DNA of 64,000 nucleotides. It comes from Eledone cirrhosa. Lineage: Eukaryota. The stretch spans positions 34,720,001-34,784,000 of the forward strand of contig OZ024747.1 in assembly GCA_964016885.1 (NCBI GenBank), in the 5' to 3' direction. The notes under the pieces are model-generated. The model did no database searches, was not told where the DNA came from, and was given only the letters and a program-made list of their open reading frames with translations. Each line of letters starts with the position of its first letter. The first letter of the stretch is position 1. The position numbers were made by a program, and so were the translations under genes. Shown in pieces: positions 1 to 14,149 of this stretch.

Positions 1-100
1 AGTACCTAGCTGGTTCAATGCAGGAGGATGCAGAAGAATTATATGAAAGACGTAAAATAAGAACATTTTAAAAATTTTAAATTAATTTACTAAAATTTTC

Positions 101-182
101 ACTCCAACTAATTAGTTTCTGTAATGGGATAAAGATAGTTACTCAATGTAACCATCGAGAATTCATTACGTCATCAGAGAGT
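101..182 (-). ncRNA. type I hammerhead ribozyme (family A)
   Basis: Minus strand reads CUGAUGA, stem II GUAAUG/CAUUAC, GAAA, CUAAUUAG, UU, GGAGU. One mismatch in stem I. Confidence 0.75.
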
Positions 183-787
183 CTATTCTCAGCTAAGTCT
201 CCAGGCAATGCGCGGACACTAGGGACTCATATAAAAATAATAATTCGGTGGATGGAACAGCAAGCGGGGACTGAATTCCATAGCACTGAAAAAGTTCACT
301 GTCTCTGGTCAAGTGGCAAATTCTAAAGAATCAATCACGTGACACTGAGGCTAGTCAGAAGGAGTGGGATGGTATAAAGACAAGAGCTTACTATTACTAC
401 AATGACTTCCTCCTGCATTGAACCACCTAGGTACTATGACATAACTTGTGTATTTGCTAGCAGTAGTGTACATATGTACGCATATGTTGGTAAATATACT
501 AATTCTCTATATTTATCTCCCAATTATTTATTTTTTGAGCAAACTTGCCAAATCCACTACTAAGTCATTGTAGTAGTAGTAAGCTCTTGTCATTATATCA
601 TGCCACTCCTTCTGACTAGCCTCAGTGTCACGTGATTGATTCTTTAGAATTTGCCACTTGACCAGAGACAGTGAACTTTTTCAGTGCTATGGAATTCAGT
701 CCCCGCTTGCTGTTCCATCCACCGAATTATTATTTTTATATGAGTCCCTAGTGTCCGCGCATTGCCTGGAGACTTAGCTGAGAATAG

Positions 788-869
788 ACTCCCTGATGAC
801 GTAATGAATTCTCGATGGTTACATTGCGTAACTATCTTTATCCCATTACAGAAACTAATTAGTTGGAGT
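788..869 (+). ncRNA. type I hammerhead ribozyme (family A)
   Basis: ACUCC-CUGAUGA-C-GUAAUG...CAUUAC-A-GAAA-CUAAUUAG-UU-GGAGU. Palindromic stem III, GUU cleavage triplet. Confidence 0.85.
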
Positions 870-925
870 GAAAATTTTAGTAAGTAAGTTAACTTTTAAT
901 TTTTAATATTTTCTTATTTTACGTC

Positions 926-1235
<310 letters not shown>

Positions 1236-1249
1236 TGTTATACTTAGGG

Positions 1250-2470
1250 AGGGTATTATTCGTATAATAATATTGTTGGAATTAATAACAGAACACACTC
1301 ACTGTTTGCTTGGCTTTCGCTTCTGTGTCTTTTATATCAATTAATTTAATTTATTCGGACCTCAATGTTACCATTGACTGACCAACGGTAAAAAATACAA
1401 ATATAACATAAACACAAACACATATATATAGTCTAACAAAGTTCTTTCGTTGCACATCTGCAACATCGTCAGTGGTGCTGTTAGGTTTCCTCCAGTTGTA
1501 TTGTATGCCTATGTCATCTTTATTTAGTCTGTTTATTTATTTATTTATTTTGTCTCCTCTGCGCATGCGTTTGCGTGTGCGTATAGTGTTTTAAGTGTGT
1601 TCGTGTTTGGGTGACTGTGTATTGGTTATTGTATTATATCTTAGTTTACTAGTGTGTGTTTATATGTGTTTGTTGTTATTGTGCTTGTGTATGTATTTAT
1701 TTATTTATTTATACTTCTCTTAGGTCAGTGTTGTTTGTTTGGGTGTTGTTGTTATTCCATTCATTTTTTTCTGTTTAGCCTTGGCCTTCTAAGTTCTATT
1801 TCGCTGGCCTCTCGGATTTGCCTACCTGCTGGGTCATTTCTATGTTTAGATATTATTCTAATGTCTATGTTGTCTATGTTACCGTCGTTTTCTTGTCTGG
1901 CTTGTTCGTATAGTACTGAACCGTTTTTTCGTCCTTTTAGTTCTCCCCTGTGTTGGTCTATCCTTTCACCTATGCTACGAGCTGTCTCGCCTATGTATGT
2001 TTTTGTCATGTTTCTGCAAGTACCCTCTGTATATCTTATGCTATATACTACGTTTCTAGTTTTCAGTTTATCCGGAGGTTTTCTTTACATATAATACATT
2101 TCCTATTAGTACAGTGGGTTTTCTTAAAAGGGTAGGTTTTGCTGATCAGGGATTGAATGGTGGTTCCTGGCTTTTCTACCACCTTAATCTTTAAGTGGGT
2201 CTTTCTCAGGGCCTTTCTACACTGGTTAGCTAATTTCTCTTCAGGGGTAGCGTCCACAAACATGACACTCGGGTATCTCTGGTTGTCGTATTATGAGGTG
2301 GCTTTCCTTATCTTATGTCTAATCCTATCTAAGCTATTCCATGAGTTGCTCCTGTATAATGGGCAAATTCCTTTAATGTCCAGTTCTATGAGGGTCTTAT
2401 ACTTCTCCGTGACTCCTTCGTATACTCTGATTCTGTCTATTTGTTTCTGTCTATTTGTGTGTAATATAAA
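1250..2470 (-). mobile_element. decayed Penelope-like element, 3' part (RT C-terminus, GIY-YIG endonuclease, 3' pLTR)
   Basis: ORF 1761-2009 TYIGETARSIGERIDQHR...RQIREASEI...LN is a GIY-YIG domain. ORF 2063-2263 is the linker with a Cys cluster (CTNRKCIIC). An HHR motif lies downstream. Confidence 0.85.
1435..1476 (-). ncRNA. minimal hammerhead ribozyme in the PLE pLTR
   Basis: CA-CUGACGA-UGUUGCA-GAUG-UGCAAC-GAAA-GAAC-UU-UG. Stem I is weak. Confidence 0.6.
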
Positions 2471-2613
2471 TATTACACACAGTAGATTATCAGCTCACGT
2501 AGAGTTTGCTCGACGGTTCCAGTTGTAGTTCCAAAAGTAATCCGGAGAAAAATAGAAAGATTTGAATGGATTCTGTATCCATTCAAATCTTTCTATTTCT
2601 CTCTCTCTCTCTC

Positions 2614-2674
<61 letters not shown>

Positions 2675-2676
<2 letters not shown>

Positions 2677-2850
2677 CGGGTAACATTTCCGAGATCCATG
2701 GACGAGTTCTCTCCAGTGGTCTCTGTCCCTCATTATCGCTGCCATGTCCTGCGTCTCCAACAGACCCATGTCTGTCCTTATGGCATTAACATACGTTAAC
2801 CTTGGTCTTCCTCTTCTAGTGTGTCCATGTAGGGGCTCCCACAGGAGCAC
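2675..2850 (-). mobile_element. RTE-clade LINE 3' fragment
   Basis: LLWEPLHGHTRRGRPRLTYVNAI...MRDRDHWRELV matches the RTE ORF C-terminus (RGRP...DR..W). Abuts (TA)n. Confidence 0.7.
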
Positions 2851-2889
2851 TCAGTGCAATGTCAACTTTAGATGTATATATATATATAT

Positions 2890-5075
2890 ATGTTTATTCT
2901 TGTTTTTATCTGTTTCAACCATCTGGCTGAGGCCATGCTGGGGCACCGCCCTTGCTGCTACACATTTTATCTCCAGCCTGTATAGGTTGGCCAGCAGTGT
3001 AAGAGGGAGTTTGTTGCTGCTGCCCTTAGGTTTCCCTCGTGCCTTGCTGCGGGCTCAACCGGGATTCTGGATAGCAAGTTGTCGAGATGTTTCTTGAAGA
3101 CATCCACCTCCACGTCATGCAACTCTCTGAGATCCCTCGGCAGCTTGTTGAAGAGTTGAGGGCCCTTGAATCCCAGGCTATTGCAATACCTGCTCCTTAT
3201 TCTAGATGTAGAAGACGGGACCTTTGGCTACACACAGTGACGTGCTGTTCGACGGTTGGTCCAGCTCCCAATGCCAAAGTTTGGTGCTAGTCCATCCAGG
3301 ATTTTCGACATGTAGATCACTGCGTATCTCTCCCGTCTTCGTTCCAAGGAGTAGAGGTTCAGTTCCTTTAGACTCTCCCAGTAGCCTGTCTCCTTCATCG
3401 TGGCAATCCTCTTGGTGTAGCTTCGCTGGATTGCCTCAAGCTCCGTGGTTAATTAGACACTATGGGGTGACAACAACTGGGAGCAGTAGTCCAGGCGGCT
3501 TAGGACAAATGTCCTCCATAGTTTCAACATGGTGTCTCGATCTCTTGTCCGGAAAGTCCTCAATATCCAGCCAGTGAGTCGTCTGCACAATGTCGCCACT
3601 TTAATGCCGTGTGAGGAAAAGATGCATCATCGCCCATGTCTATGCCCAGGTCTCGTATCGATTTTGACACGGGGATATCGGTCCCCCTGGTCCTGTGTAG
3701 TTGTGTTGTACTATATTTGTGTTAGCAGGTTTGTTTGGAGGTTTGTATTGTAGGGCTTATAATTTTCCAGCATTAAACTGCATGTTGTTTTCTTCCGCCA
3801 ATTTATATATGGCATCCAGATCTTGTTGTAAAAGGGCAGCGTCAGTCGTGTTTTTGATTGCCTGCGCTACCTTAGTGTCATCAGCATAGCTAGTGAAGGA
3901 TGTTGTTGTATGTCTTAGAGAGCCACCAAAAACAGTAGTGACCCCAGGACTGTCCCCTGGGGCACCCCACTTAATATTGGTGTTTCCTTTGAGAGGGCCC
4001 CATTTTCTGCGACTGTCTGGCTTCTGTCCTTTAGGAAGTCATGCAGCCACTCACCTACTTTTCCAGTTATGCTGAGTCCGTGTAGTTTGTGACATATCAT
4101 TCCGTGGTCGACATTGTCAAAGGCCTTCGCAAAGTGAAGATATATCAGGTCCACGTGTGAACTGGTGAACTGTCTAGTAGTTGTTTCAGTACCCAGTCGT
4201 AGTCATGTAGCAGCTGTGTAAGGCAGCTTCTTCCTGGGCGGCAGCCATGTTGCGTGCTAGTCAGGCGGTCATTTTCCTCAAGGAATGTGATCAGTTTCTT
4301 TCTGATGACTCGCTCCATGACCTTAATGATATGCGACGTCAGGGAGACTGGCCTATAGTTTTTGGCCTCCACTCTGCTACTTCCTTTATGGATAGGGCAT
4401 ATTGTTCTTCTTTCAGCTCCCTGGGTAGTACACCGCTAGCCAAGGAGCTTCTGAAGAACATCTTCAGTGGAGTTGCTAAGGCCCGCTTACATGTTTTTAA
4501 GAGAACTGCTGGGAATCCATCAGGTCCAGCAGCTGAGTCTGTTCTAATTTCATCTATGGCGTACACCACATCCTCCTCCGTTATGTATATGTGGTTGATG
4601 GTCGCCATTTCTTTATGTAGTGTTGTGGCATCAAAGAACTCCTCTGGCTTTGTTATTTGCATGTGCCTCAGTGGACACGTGAACACACGTTTGTACTGTT
4701 CGTTCAGTATTTCACATATCTCTTGGGGGTTTTCGGTTAATGAGTGGCCGAATCTTGCAGTGTACCGAGACAGTTTCTTTTGCAAATTTAAAGAAGGCCT
4801 TAGGGTTTGTTTTAATGTTTTCTATGGCCCTGTTCTCTTTCTTTGCCCTCTCATTTTCATGGGAAAGTTTGAGTGCAATCTCGGTGCCAAGTAGTGCACA
4901 TTTCAAATAGGATTCCTTCTTGTTTTTCTTTTCTTGTTGACTACCCAACTGGTTTGAAAGCTTGGTTCTACGTCTCATAAGGATTTTCCTATCTCTGGGA
5001 ATAAGATTTTTGTGTCTGTTTGCCTTTTTCTCCGGGACAAACCTTTTGCATATAGTGTGTATTGTTGTCATGAAG
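2890..5075 (-). mobile_element. decayed 5'-truncated non-LTR retrotransposon (CR1/L2-like RT)
   Basis: Frameshifted RT motifs DSAAGPDGFPA, NYRPVSLTSHIIKVMERV, QHGCRPGRSCLTQLL, YLHFAKAFDNVDH, SGVPQGTVLG and YADDT (~3876-3890). Confidence 0.85.
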
Positions 5076-5078
5076 TGT

Positions 5079-5139
<61 letters not shown>

Positions 5140-5141
<2 letters not shown>

Positions 5142-8100
5142 GTATAATAAACAATACAATATAATTACCTCATTACCAGCGGTTTCCCGAATAAGACGAA
5201 TACGAAAAAAACGTCCTCATTCGTTCGTCGGACAAGGTAATATAAAACATAGTGAAATATTTGGAATGTCTCCCAAGAAATACAAAAAATATATAAATAA
5301 AAGTAATGCAAGAGATATATGAAAAAATATATTAAAAGTATAAGGAAATATAGTTAGGTATGTGTATATGTATGTATATACACTCACAAATGTACATATG
5401 TGTGTATGTACAAATGCATGTGTATGGTGAAAATGTGTGCGTAAGTACATATATGAGGGCAAGTATATTTGTGTATATGTGACCACAAATACGGATATAA
5501 TATGAGTTGAAAAAGAAAATGATAATATAGTTGACACGCATCCAGATACAGGTATTAAATACACATACGAGTATGAAAGCACGCGTATAAACACACACAC
5601 ACACACACGGTCACTTATATGCGGAAGATAAAGAGGAAAGGGGGTGTAATAGTAAAAAGAAGTGACATTCTCGATATATGTATAAAAATGAAAGAGTATA
5701 TGAGAATGAAAAAAATATTTAAATGAAAGAGAAAGTAATCAATTAACACTAGAGAAAAGAAAACAAACATAGGTACGGACGTACATACACAGATATCTCT
5801 AAAAAAATATTTATACACACAAATACGTACAGACAAAAGCGCATGCATGCGTACATACATACACACGAGGCACATATATATATATATATCGCCCCATGTA
5901 TATCTAATCACACGTACGTACGCGACTATATATATATATACACATACATATACACACCCATAAATACATATACATATATACACACATACATACACATTCA
6001 CGTACATTCACCCGCTTACACACACACGTAAAAATAAGGATGTAAAAAAACATAAATGTAAAAACATAGATATAAAAACACACATACACACACATATATA
6101 TATACACGTACGCACGCGCACATACCGAGGCGTTCGTATACATATACAGAACGTATACGCACATAAGCACACTCAGACACATAGATACAGAGTATAAGCA
6201 GCCTTATGAATAAATGAGTACAAATATAAAATCGGCTGCGAAACAACAGAATATATCTGGAGTGGAAAACGCAAGTGAGCTCTGGTCTCAGGTAGTGAAA
6301 GAAAATGGGGAAGTAAAATGTGGAATGTGAAGGTATTAGGTAAGTGAATCGAAGAGTAGTGGGGAGGGTTACTGGTGGATGTGAAATAAAAATAAAAATT
6401 AAATTAAAAATAAAGTTAAAAATGAAAGTAAATCAGAAAGAGAAGTCTGTAAAGAGAATAATTTAAGGACAGTGAAGAATAAGAGCTTATGGAGGATAAG
6501 TATCTGAATGTGAGTTAAGTTTATATGAGCTGGAAAGCAAGTGTGATTTCATGTGTGGGCAACTGGTGAACATTTCTGTTTTTGTATTTAGGCAGGTTTT
6601 TGGTGATTTAAGGTTTTGTAAAATCCAATATTTTTCAATCATGCAGAGTGTGCATCTTCTTGTTCCTCTTGCATATTCTTTAGATTGGTTCAAAATTGAC
6701 CAATCCAAATTATATTGGATATCTTGGTCTTTCAAATCCCATATTCTGTTAGCCAGAGCTGTTGTGAATCTTTTTTCTGGATGTCAGAAGATGCGACATG
6801 TGAGTAATAACGCGTTTTGAATTTGTTTTGTGTCATACCCACATGTCGTTCGCTGGTGGTTGGTTGGTTGTTGTTGATGGTTGTCACTTTAGCCGCTTAT
6901 ACAATGGCTTTGGTGTTGCATTTACTTTGTAATGGGCATTCACTTTTGACTCTACAGGAGCAATTTTGATGTTCTCTCGGGGATTTCTTATTAATGATAT
7001 AAGATTTAATAAGGGGACCGCCGGAGTAGCTAATTTTGACACAGTTTCTATTGAAGATCTTATAGTATCTATGTGTTCTAGGGAAATGTTTATCTAAGAG
7101 GTCTAGGAATTGTTTGCCTACATTAGTTTTAACTGCTAGAGAGTAGGGGGGTGTGAACCAGATTATTTTTCTTTTCCTATTATTATGTTTAAAAGAGTTA
7201 GTATTGTTGGGTATGTACTTAATCGGTTCGCTAAATCCGCTGTTATGAAGGGCTTTATTATAGTAGGGGGATGCCTTATTGAAAATAGCTTCTGAGGAAG
7301 ACAGGGTGGAGATCCTACGGCTAATATTAGGGATAAGGTTTTTAAAAACGATAGGAGGATGACAAAGAGCCTTTATTTATATATTTTAAATTTTCATTAG
7401 GTTTATGGTATGGTTTATAAGAAGCAGTAGGCAAATCTAGGTCTATATCTAGAAAATTAACATTGGAAAGTTTAGTGTCAAGAGTAATTTTAAGGTTAAA
7501 CTAGCAAAGGTTTTTTATTAAGTCTTTCCTTAATCTATCTAAGTTATGGCCTATGGTGGTATGGGAAAGTATTAGACCATCGTCGCGATTAAGCCCAAAA
7601 ATATGGTTAGAGAATTTTTCTTTAAGTGTATGTAGGAGGAATAGGCCGACTAAATCACAAACATCAGCACTGTTAAAAGAGACCATTGAGACATCGAATG
7701 GGTTCTCTGGGTTAGATATGTTTACCCAAGTGTCATTATCAGTAAAGAGTAGAGTGTTTCTAGCGTCAGAGATATTGGTAAACTTTCTAGCGAAATTTAA
7801 GGCTGTGTGATAGACGGGTAGAAATCTACAATGTCAAATTGGGTGAATCTAGAACTATTTTTATCTTTAATTTTATTAAACCAATGTATTACGGAAGAGC
7901 TATTTATCCATTGGAGTAATTTAGACTTATTTCTAATGTGTGTGTTTATATTATTTACATTTTTTTGCTGGCAAGACCGATATCAGTCTTAGCAGGGTTG
8001 ATTAATCTACAACTAGGACGATTAATAAAGTCAGGTTTGTGAATCATTAAAGGTGATATATGCATTACGTTTAGCAAGTTTTTCTGTCCTATTATCTCAT

Positions 8101-8222
8101 TTTAAAGAACTAGCTAATTCTTTAGCTTCCTTATTTATATTATGATACGTGTTTATATTAACTATTTGGTATTTAGAAGTGATGTTATCTATTAAGAGTT
8201 GGTCATGTAAATTATTGTTAAC
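5140..8222 (-). mobile_element. decayed Penelope-like element (Naiad/Chlamys-like): RT and GIY-YIG 6487-8222, simple-repeat 3' UTR, HHR pLTR
   Basis: SADVCDLVGLFLL...GLNRDDGL (RT), IWFTPPYS, CSCRVKSECPLQSKC linker and CTLCMIEKYWIL...LNTKTEMFTSCPH C-terminus. Both ends in (TA)n. Confidence 0.85.
5165..5240 (-). ncRNA. hammerhead ribozyme variant (CCGACGA core, U4C)
   Basis: UUACCUUGU-CCGACGA-A-CGAAUGAGGACG...CGUCUUAUUCG-G-GAAA-CCGCUGG-UA-AUGAGGUAA. 9-bp stem I. Confidence 0.65.
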
Positions 8223-8223
8223 T

Positions 8224-8319
<96 letters not shown>

Positions 8320-8579
8320 GATAAATCTACCAAAAGTTTACGGTAGTGTCCAATCCGTATGAAGAACTCAATGTAATCCGGATATCATGGAAAGAAGAGA
8401 TGCATTCAAAAATCACTTTCGGTGAAAGATAAACGGAATACAGAGTCAAGATAAAATATTAAAAAAATAATGAATAAAACAAAGAAACAGTTCCTCATAT
8501 TAAACAAAAAAAGTTCCCAAGAACTATTTGAAATAATGAAATCTAAGGATATCCTATTAAATAAGCGACAGGAATTAAT

Positions 8580-9540
8580 TATATCGTGTAATCATAAACT
8601 GAGAAAAACATTTAAATATTATAAACCTAATTAATAATATATATTTTAGAAATTAATATATCAATTAATTTAAATGTAGTTAACCTATAATTTTAATTTA
8701 ATAAAAATTCTACTACAGATGAAATTAAAAAATATCGTATAATCATAAACTGTGAAAAACTTTTAAATATTATTAACATAATTAATATATACTTTGGAAA
8801 TTAATATATAGATTAATTTTAGTTTAACCTTTTATTAAAATTCCTTTACAGATGAAATATAACAAAATATCGTGTAATCAATAACAGAGAAATACTTTTT
8901 AATATTATAAACCTAATTAATATACATTTTAGAAATTAATTTATGAATTAATTTTAATTTAGTTAACCTATAATTTTAATTTAGTTAGCTTAAAATTAAA
9001 ATTCTAATACAGATGAATTGCAGAATATCGTGTAATCATAAACTGAGAAAAACTTTTAAATATATACCTAATTAATATATTCTTTACAAATAAATATATA
9101 GATTAATTTTAATTTAGTTAACCTATAATTATATTCTACTATAGATAAAATACAAAACTTTGCTTTAATTATTATAAACCTAATTAACATATACTATAGA
9201 AATTAATATATAATTTTTAATTTAGTTAACCTATAATTAATATCCTACTACCGATGAAATACTTAATTTGGCTTTCCCTATTACAAAATTCATTTCCTAA
9301 AATTGATACCATCATGTTAATATTTTTAATTTAGTTATGCTATAATTAATACTCTACTACTGTTTAACTTCAAATTCCGCTTTAATTATTATAAACCTAA
9401 GTAGTATACACCTTAGAAATTAATATATTAACTATTTTTACTTTAATTAACCTATAATTAATAGTCTACTTATATTAAAATGCATAATTTAGCCTTCTTT
9501 CTTACAAATACCATTTCCTAATACTTACACTACTATGTAA
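8580..9540 (+). repeat. degenerate AT-rich minisatellite (~130-160 bp units)
   Basis: Recurrent ATATCGTGTAATCATAAACTGAGAAAAAC...TTATAAACCTAATTAA...GTTAACCTATAATT...CAGATGAAA blocks. Confidence 0.8.
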
Positions 9541-9754
9541 ACACATATGATTTAAATGCAGATTAATATTCTATGTTCCTTGAAACCTATATTTACTATT
9601 TCCCACTAATAATTTTAATCCCCTCCCCCACCCCATAATTATTCGTATTTGTAAGCGTGGATGTATGTATGTGTATGTAAGTATGTATGTATGTTTGTGT
9701 GTTTGTATGTGAGTATAAAAATACATATGTGCGCATGTAAATAAGTGTGTATGA

Positions 9755-9798
<44 letters not shown>

Positions 9799-9887
9799 GT
9801 GTATGTATATATATGTGTATGTATATGTATTTGTAGAGATGTGTGTATGTATGTGTATATATGTGCATAATTGTCTGACTGTGTGTA

Positions 9888-9936
<49 letters not shown>

Positions 9937-10169
9937 ATGTATGTCTCTATATTTATGTATGTCTGAGTGTGTGTGTGTGGTTGTGTGTATATATACTATA
10001 TATACATGGGTATGTGTGTGTATGTATATATATGTATATGTATGTGTGTGTGTATATATATATGTGTGTATATATATGTGTGTATATATATATGTATATA
10101 TATATATATATGTATGTGTATGTATGAGTGTATGTGTGTGTACATATATGTATATATGTGTGTTGTGTG

Positions 10170-10219
<50 letters not shown>

Positions 10220-10991
10220 TGTATTTATATGTATGAGTATATGTTTTACTTGTTTTTATGTATATGCATACAAACAGGTTAATATGCGTGAGGTTAAGTA
10301 TGTGTATGTGTGTGTGTGTACGTATGTATGTATCGAAAGTATGGATGTGTAAATGTGCGTATGTTTATAAGCATGTATATTTTATGTCTCTCTTTTATGT
10401 TTGTGTATGTTTTTATTATATTTCTTTTATTATATTTCTTTTTATTTCTAACTTTATAGATACATTTTTATAAATATGCTGAGTCTGAAACCCTCCTTTT
10501 ATTACTTACTCCCTTATCTCCTTTTAATTCTGCATCTAAATGTATGTGTGTGTGGCCGTGTTTATGTGTGCGCCTCAATATCCATATAGTTATAATAATA
10601 ATAAATACGTATGTGTGTGTGTGAGTGTGTATATATATGTGTGTTCGTAGATATGTGTGTGTTTATGTATATATGCATGTGTGTGTATGAATGTATGTAT
10701 ATGTGTGTATATATGTATGTATATATATGTGTATATGTATGTATATTTTGTCTGTGGATTATAAACATACAGAGACGTTAGCCCTAAATGTTTATATTTA
10801 CATACACTTTTTCGACATGCGTATGCATGTGAACATACATTTTTATGCATATCTGTGAACGAAGTTACTTACATATATGCACACACCTAACTGTATTTTC
10901 TTGATGGATTTTTATGTATTTCATTGGTCTATTTAAAATCTGTTCCCAAACAGACCTGTAATTTTGAATTGTTGTTATTATCAATAAATAT

Positions 10992-11138
10992 AGTTCCTTA
11001 TTTCTGAAGACAGCATATATATGTGATGGTATGTATATTCTCCTTGATAGTTTGTATAATTTTGTACATAGATCTTTTGAATATGCATGCCAATTCTAAC
11101 ACATATATGTCCTAGAAACGATCGTTAAATAATGAACT
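10992..11138 (+). ncRNA. type I hammerhead ribozyme with long stem II insertion
   Basis: AGUUCCUUAUUU-CUGAAGA-(~104 nt)-GAAA-CGAUCG-UU-AAAUAAUGAACU. 11 of 12 pairs in stem I, palindromic stem III. Confidence 0.75.
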
Positions 11139-11190
11139 TTTTTTGTTTAATATAAGGAACTCTTTCTTTGTTTTATTCATTATTTTTTTA

Positions 11191-11334
<144 letters not shown>

Positions 11335-12072
11335 CTGGAAATTGATTGACATATATATATAAAATAAATACATGAAACAATCACAGGTGATAATTTGTAA
11401 AGTGTGTAAGCACACATAGCTAGGTAGGTAACTAATTAACATTTATGTAGAACTTCAAATATAGATACCTTTTAAAATGATTAATCTTCCTTGTATATAT
11501 TTCATTAAAGAAATATATTTCACCATTAATCCGTAAACTCACAGTAGTCAAATCCCGAATTTTCAACAATCTATCTGTGTTTACACAGCAAATGCAAATC
11601 TGGAAATGACCGGTCGCACGTGTTGCATTTTTAAAACTACACTCATCGTACCAGCGTCACCCTAGTGGCGTGAATAGGGTTATCGACAGCTAGAAATAGC
11701 AGCCGAATCCATTCAACTGAGTTAAAATCTCCTCTCCATTGGATTCTTTGAGCTTATTTTACGGTGGATAAGGGACATGTCTCGGAAATGACACACTTAA
11801 TTTAATTTTGTATATATATATAGATATATATATATATATATATATACGGGATATCAAGTTATCGTAATAGGTAACCCACTTAGATGTAGTCCAGTTATGG
11901 TACTCCGTGTTGTGGATGGTGTTAACGTATGACTTAGTTTGACTCGACAAGACGTTTCCATAGTGATACAGCGAGTTCACATTGATGTCTATGCAGGTTA
12001 TACTTGGAGTAATATTAATTCAAGAAAGAAGAGTGACAGGGTTGGCTTTACAATAGGGGCTTTATTCACATT

Positions 12073-12179
12073 GCTGACAATTGTTTCTTCGATTTGGTAT
12101 GTCTAGATTTCGCTATTCGCTTGATGTTGCGACAATCGATCTCCAATACATAGTTTATACCTAATCGTTTCATCAGAGC
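12073..12179 (-). ncRNA. type I hammerhead ribozyme with extended stem II
   Basis: GCU-CUGAUGA-AA-CGAUU-A-GGUAU...AUACC-A-AAUCG-AA-GAAA-CAAUUG-UC-AGC. GUC triplet. Confidence 0.7.
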
Positions 12180-12199
12180 GTGCGGAAGTAAAGAAAAAA

Positions 12200-13790
12200 T
12201 AATGAAGGCATTGATTTCATAGAAGAGTGGTGTTAGACCAGAACAATAATATCAATAATAAAAAAAAAATATACTGGAAAGTTAAAATAATAACATCAAT
12301 ATAAGTAAGAAATTTAGTTGATGATAGCACTAGCATAGAAAACGAATTGATATGATACAGATGTATGAGGTTGACGTGTGACAACTGTTAAAGGGGTGGA
12401 GATGTAACTGCTAAAATGTACTTGGAGTCAGGATTTCCGAAGATTTGATAAACAATATTCAACTTCTCTTTCAAACCTGATATGGAACTTAAAATGCAAG
12501 AATATGGACTATTCATTAACTTGGGAAATCATTTCTTAAGCACCCACGTAACGAAACACAGCTTTATCTAGATTCTGCAAATTGTGTGTTGAGGAAATTG
12601 TTTTCATACTTAAATGTAAGGACTCTATTCATCTAAGAACGAATTTATTTAATTCTTATAGGCATCGCCTGAATTCAACATTTAGAACTATATATACATT
12701 ATAATTACACTTATAATATTTCTACTTATTTCCATAACAATCTTATCAACATGGTTTTAATATATTGAAATCTCTATATCATATCTATAACATTTGCTAA
12801 ATTTCACTTTTTAAAGTTTCATAAAATGTATACATATATAATGCTTTTTTTTTTAAATTTGAATTTAAATTTGAATTTTAATTGTAATTTTAATCTTAAT
12901 AATTTTTAATTCTTTTTTTTTTATTTCTTTAATTTTTTATCTCTTTTAAAAATTACTTATCTTTTATAAATTATTTTAAAAAAAATTTTCTCAAATTTTT
13001 ATTATTTTTTCAATATTTTTTTATTAGATTTATAAGCACTAACTGATTCTGGCTAAATATATCTTTCAACATTTATACTTATTTTGATTAAATAGTCTCA
13101 TACTAACCAATAAATAAACTAAACTGGAGTGTTTCCCCATCTTCCCATTTTAAAATATATAAATATAAATATTGTTATGAACTCAGTTAATTTAATTTAA
13201 TTTAATTTAATTTAACTTAATATTTACTTACATTAAATACAAAACCAATATCCCTCATAACTTATTAAAATAATTATCTATAACATGATATACACATCTA
13301 CTCATTTATTTATTTATTTATTTATTTATCTACTTATAACAGAAAATATATTAGAAACGAATTTTAAACAACTAATAATCGTAAATACAGGCACTATTAA
13401 GATATATACTCAGAATATATTTCCTCCAAATTAACGTTATATGAGTTTTATTCATCTTCTTTTGTTTATTTCTTCTCGCTATCTCTATGGTAATATTTTT
13501 TTTATCTTTATGCCCTTATATCTTTACTCTCTCTCTCTCTCTTTCTGCAGTGTCATTTAAATAAATGGTTGTTTTTCAATTATTTACATATTCATTTGCA
13601 TATTCACACATAAGTTTGAATAATCCCTAATATATTTCCAGTATCCAGTGAATTTCTAACCGATAAGGTATGATTTTCAAGGGTATGTCTGATTAAAGCG
13701 TACCAATGGTGTCTTGATATCCTTGAAATATATATAATAAAATAAATATGGTTTTATAAATATAGTTTCCATTTATTTAATATCATCGTA
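12200..13790 (+). mobile_element. 3' fragment of a Naiad-like PLE (GIY-YIG remnant, AT-rich UTR, degenerate HHR 13689-13742)
   Basis: ~12440-12690 translates STSLSNLIWNLKCKNMDYSLTWEIIS*...FCKLCVEEIVFILK...RH. 3' end has CUGAUUA...GAAA-UAUAUA-UA followed by (TA)n. Confidence 0.7.
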
Positions 13791-13849
13791 TATATATATA
13801 TATATATATATATAAATACATATATCGATCGACTTTCGTCAAATCGGAG

Positions 13850-14037
13850 AGGAAGCAATGTTTCCGTTGGTCTTTCCAGTTGCTAGTACTATCTATCGGT
13901 CGCAACTCCAGGTAGAAGGAGCAACGTGAAAAAAAAGCGTCTTGCTCAAGGACATAACGCATCACCCGCTCCAGGAATCGAACTCACAGCCTCAATATTG
14001 TGAATTCAATTCTCTAACCACTAAGCCACGCGCCTTA
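13850..14037 (-). mobile_element. tRNA-derived SINE
   Basis: Minus strand begins GGCGCGTGGCTTAGTGGTTAG (A box) ... GAGTTCGATTCC (B box). A related copy lies at ~26500-26680. Confidence 0.7.
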
Positions 14038-14149
14038 TAATATATATACAGACGTACAGTAGTATGTATATATATATACATACATGCACGCATATATATA
14101 TATGTACGTATGGATTCACCGGACATTTATTATAATGCTCGGTGTGTTT

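Noticed and set aside
6880-6975. Possible selenocysteine (in-frame TGA) in the Cys-rich linker of the Naiad-like PLE
   Set aside because: The linker cysteines (CSC...CP...C) are TGC/TGT codons, and the nearby stop is TAA from decay.
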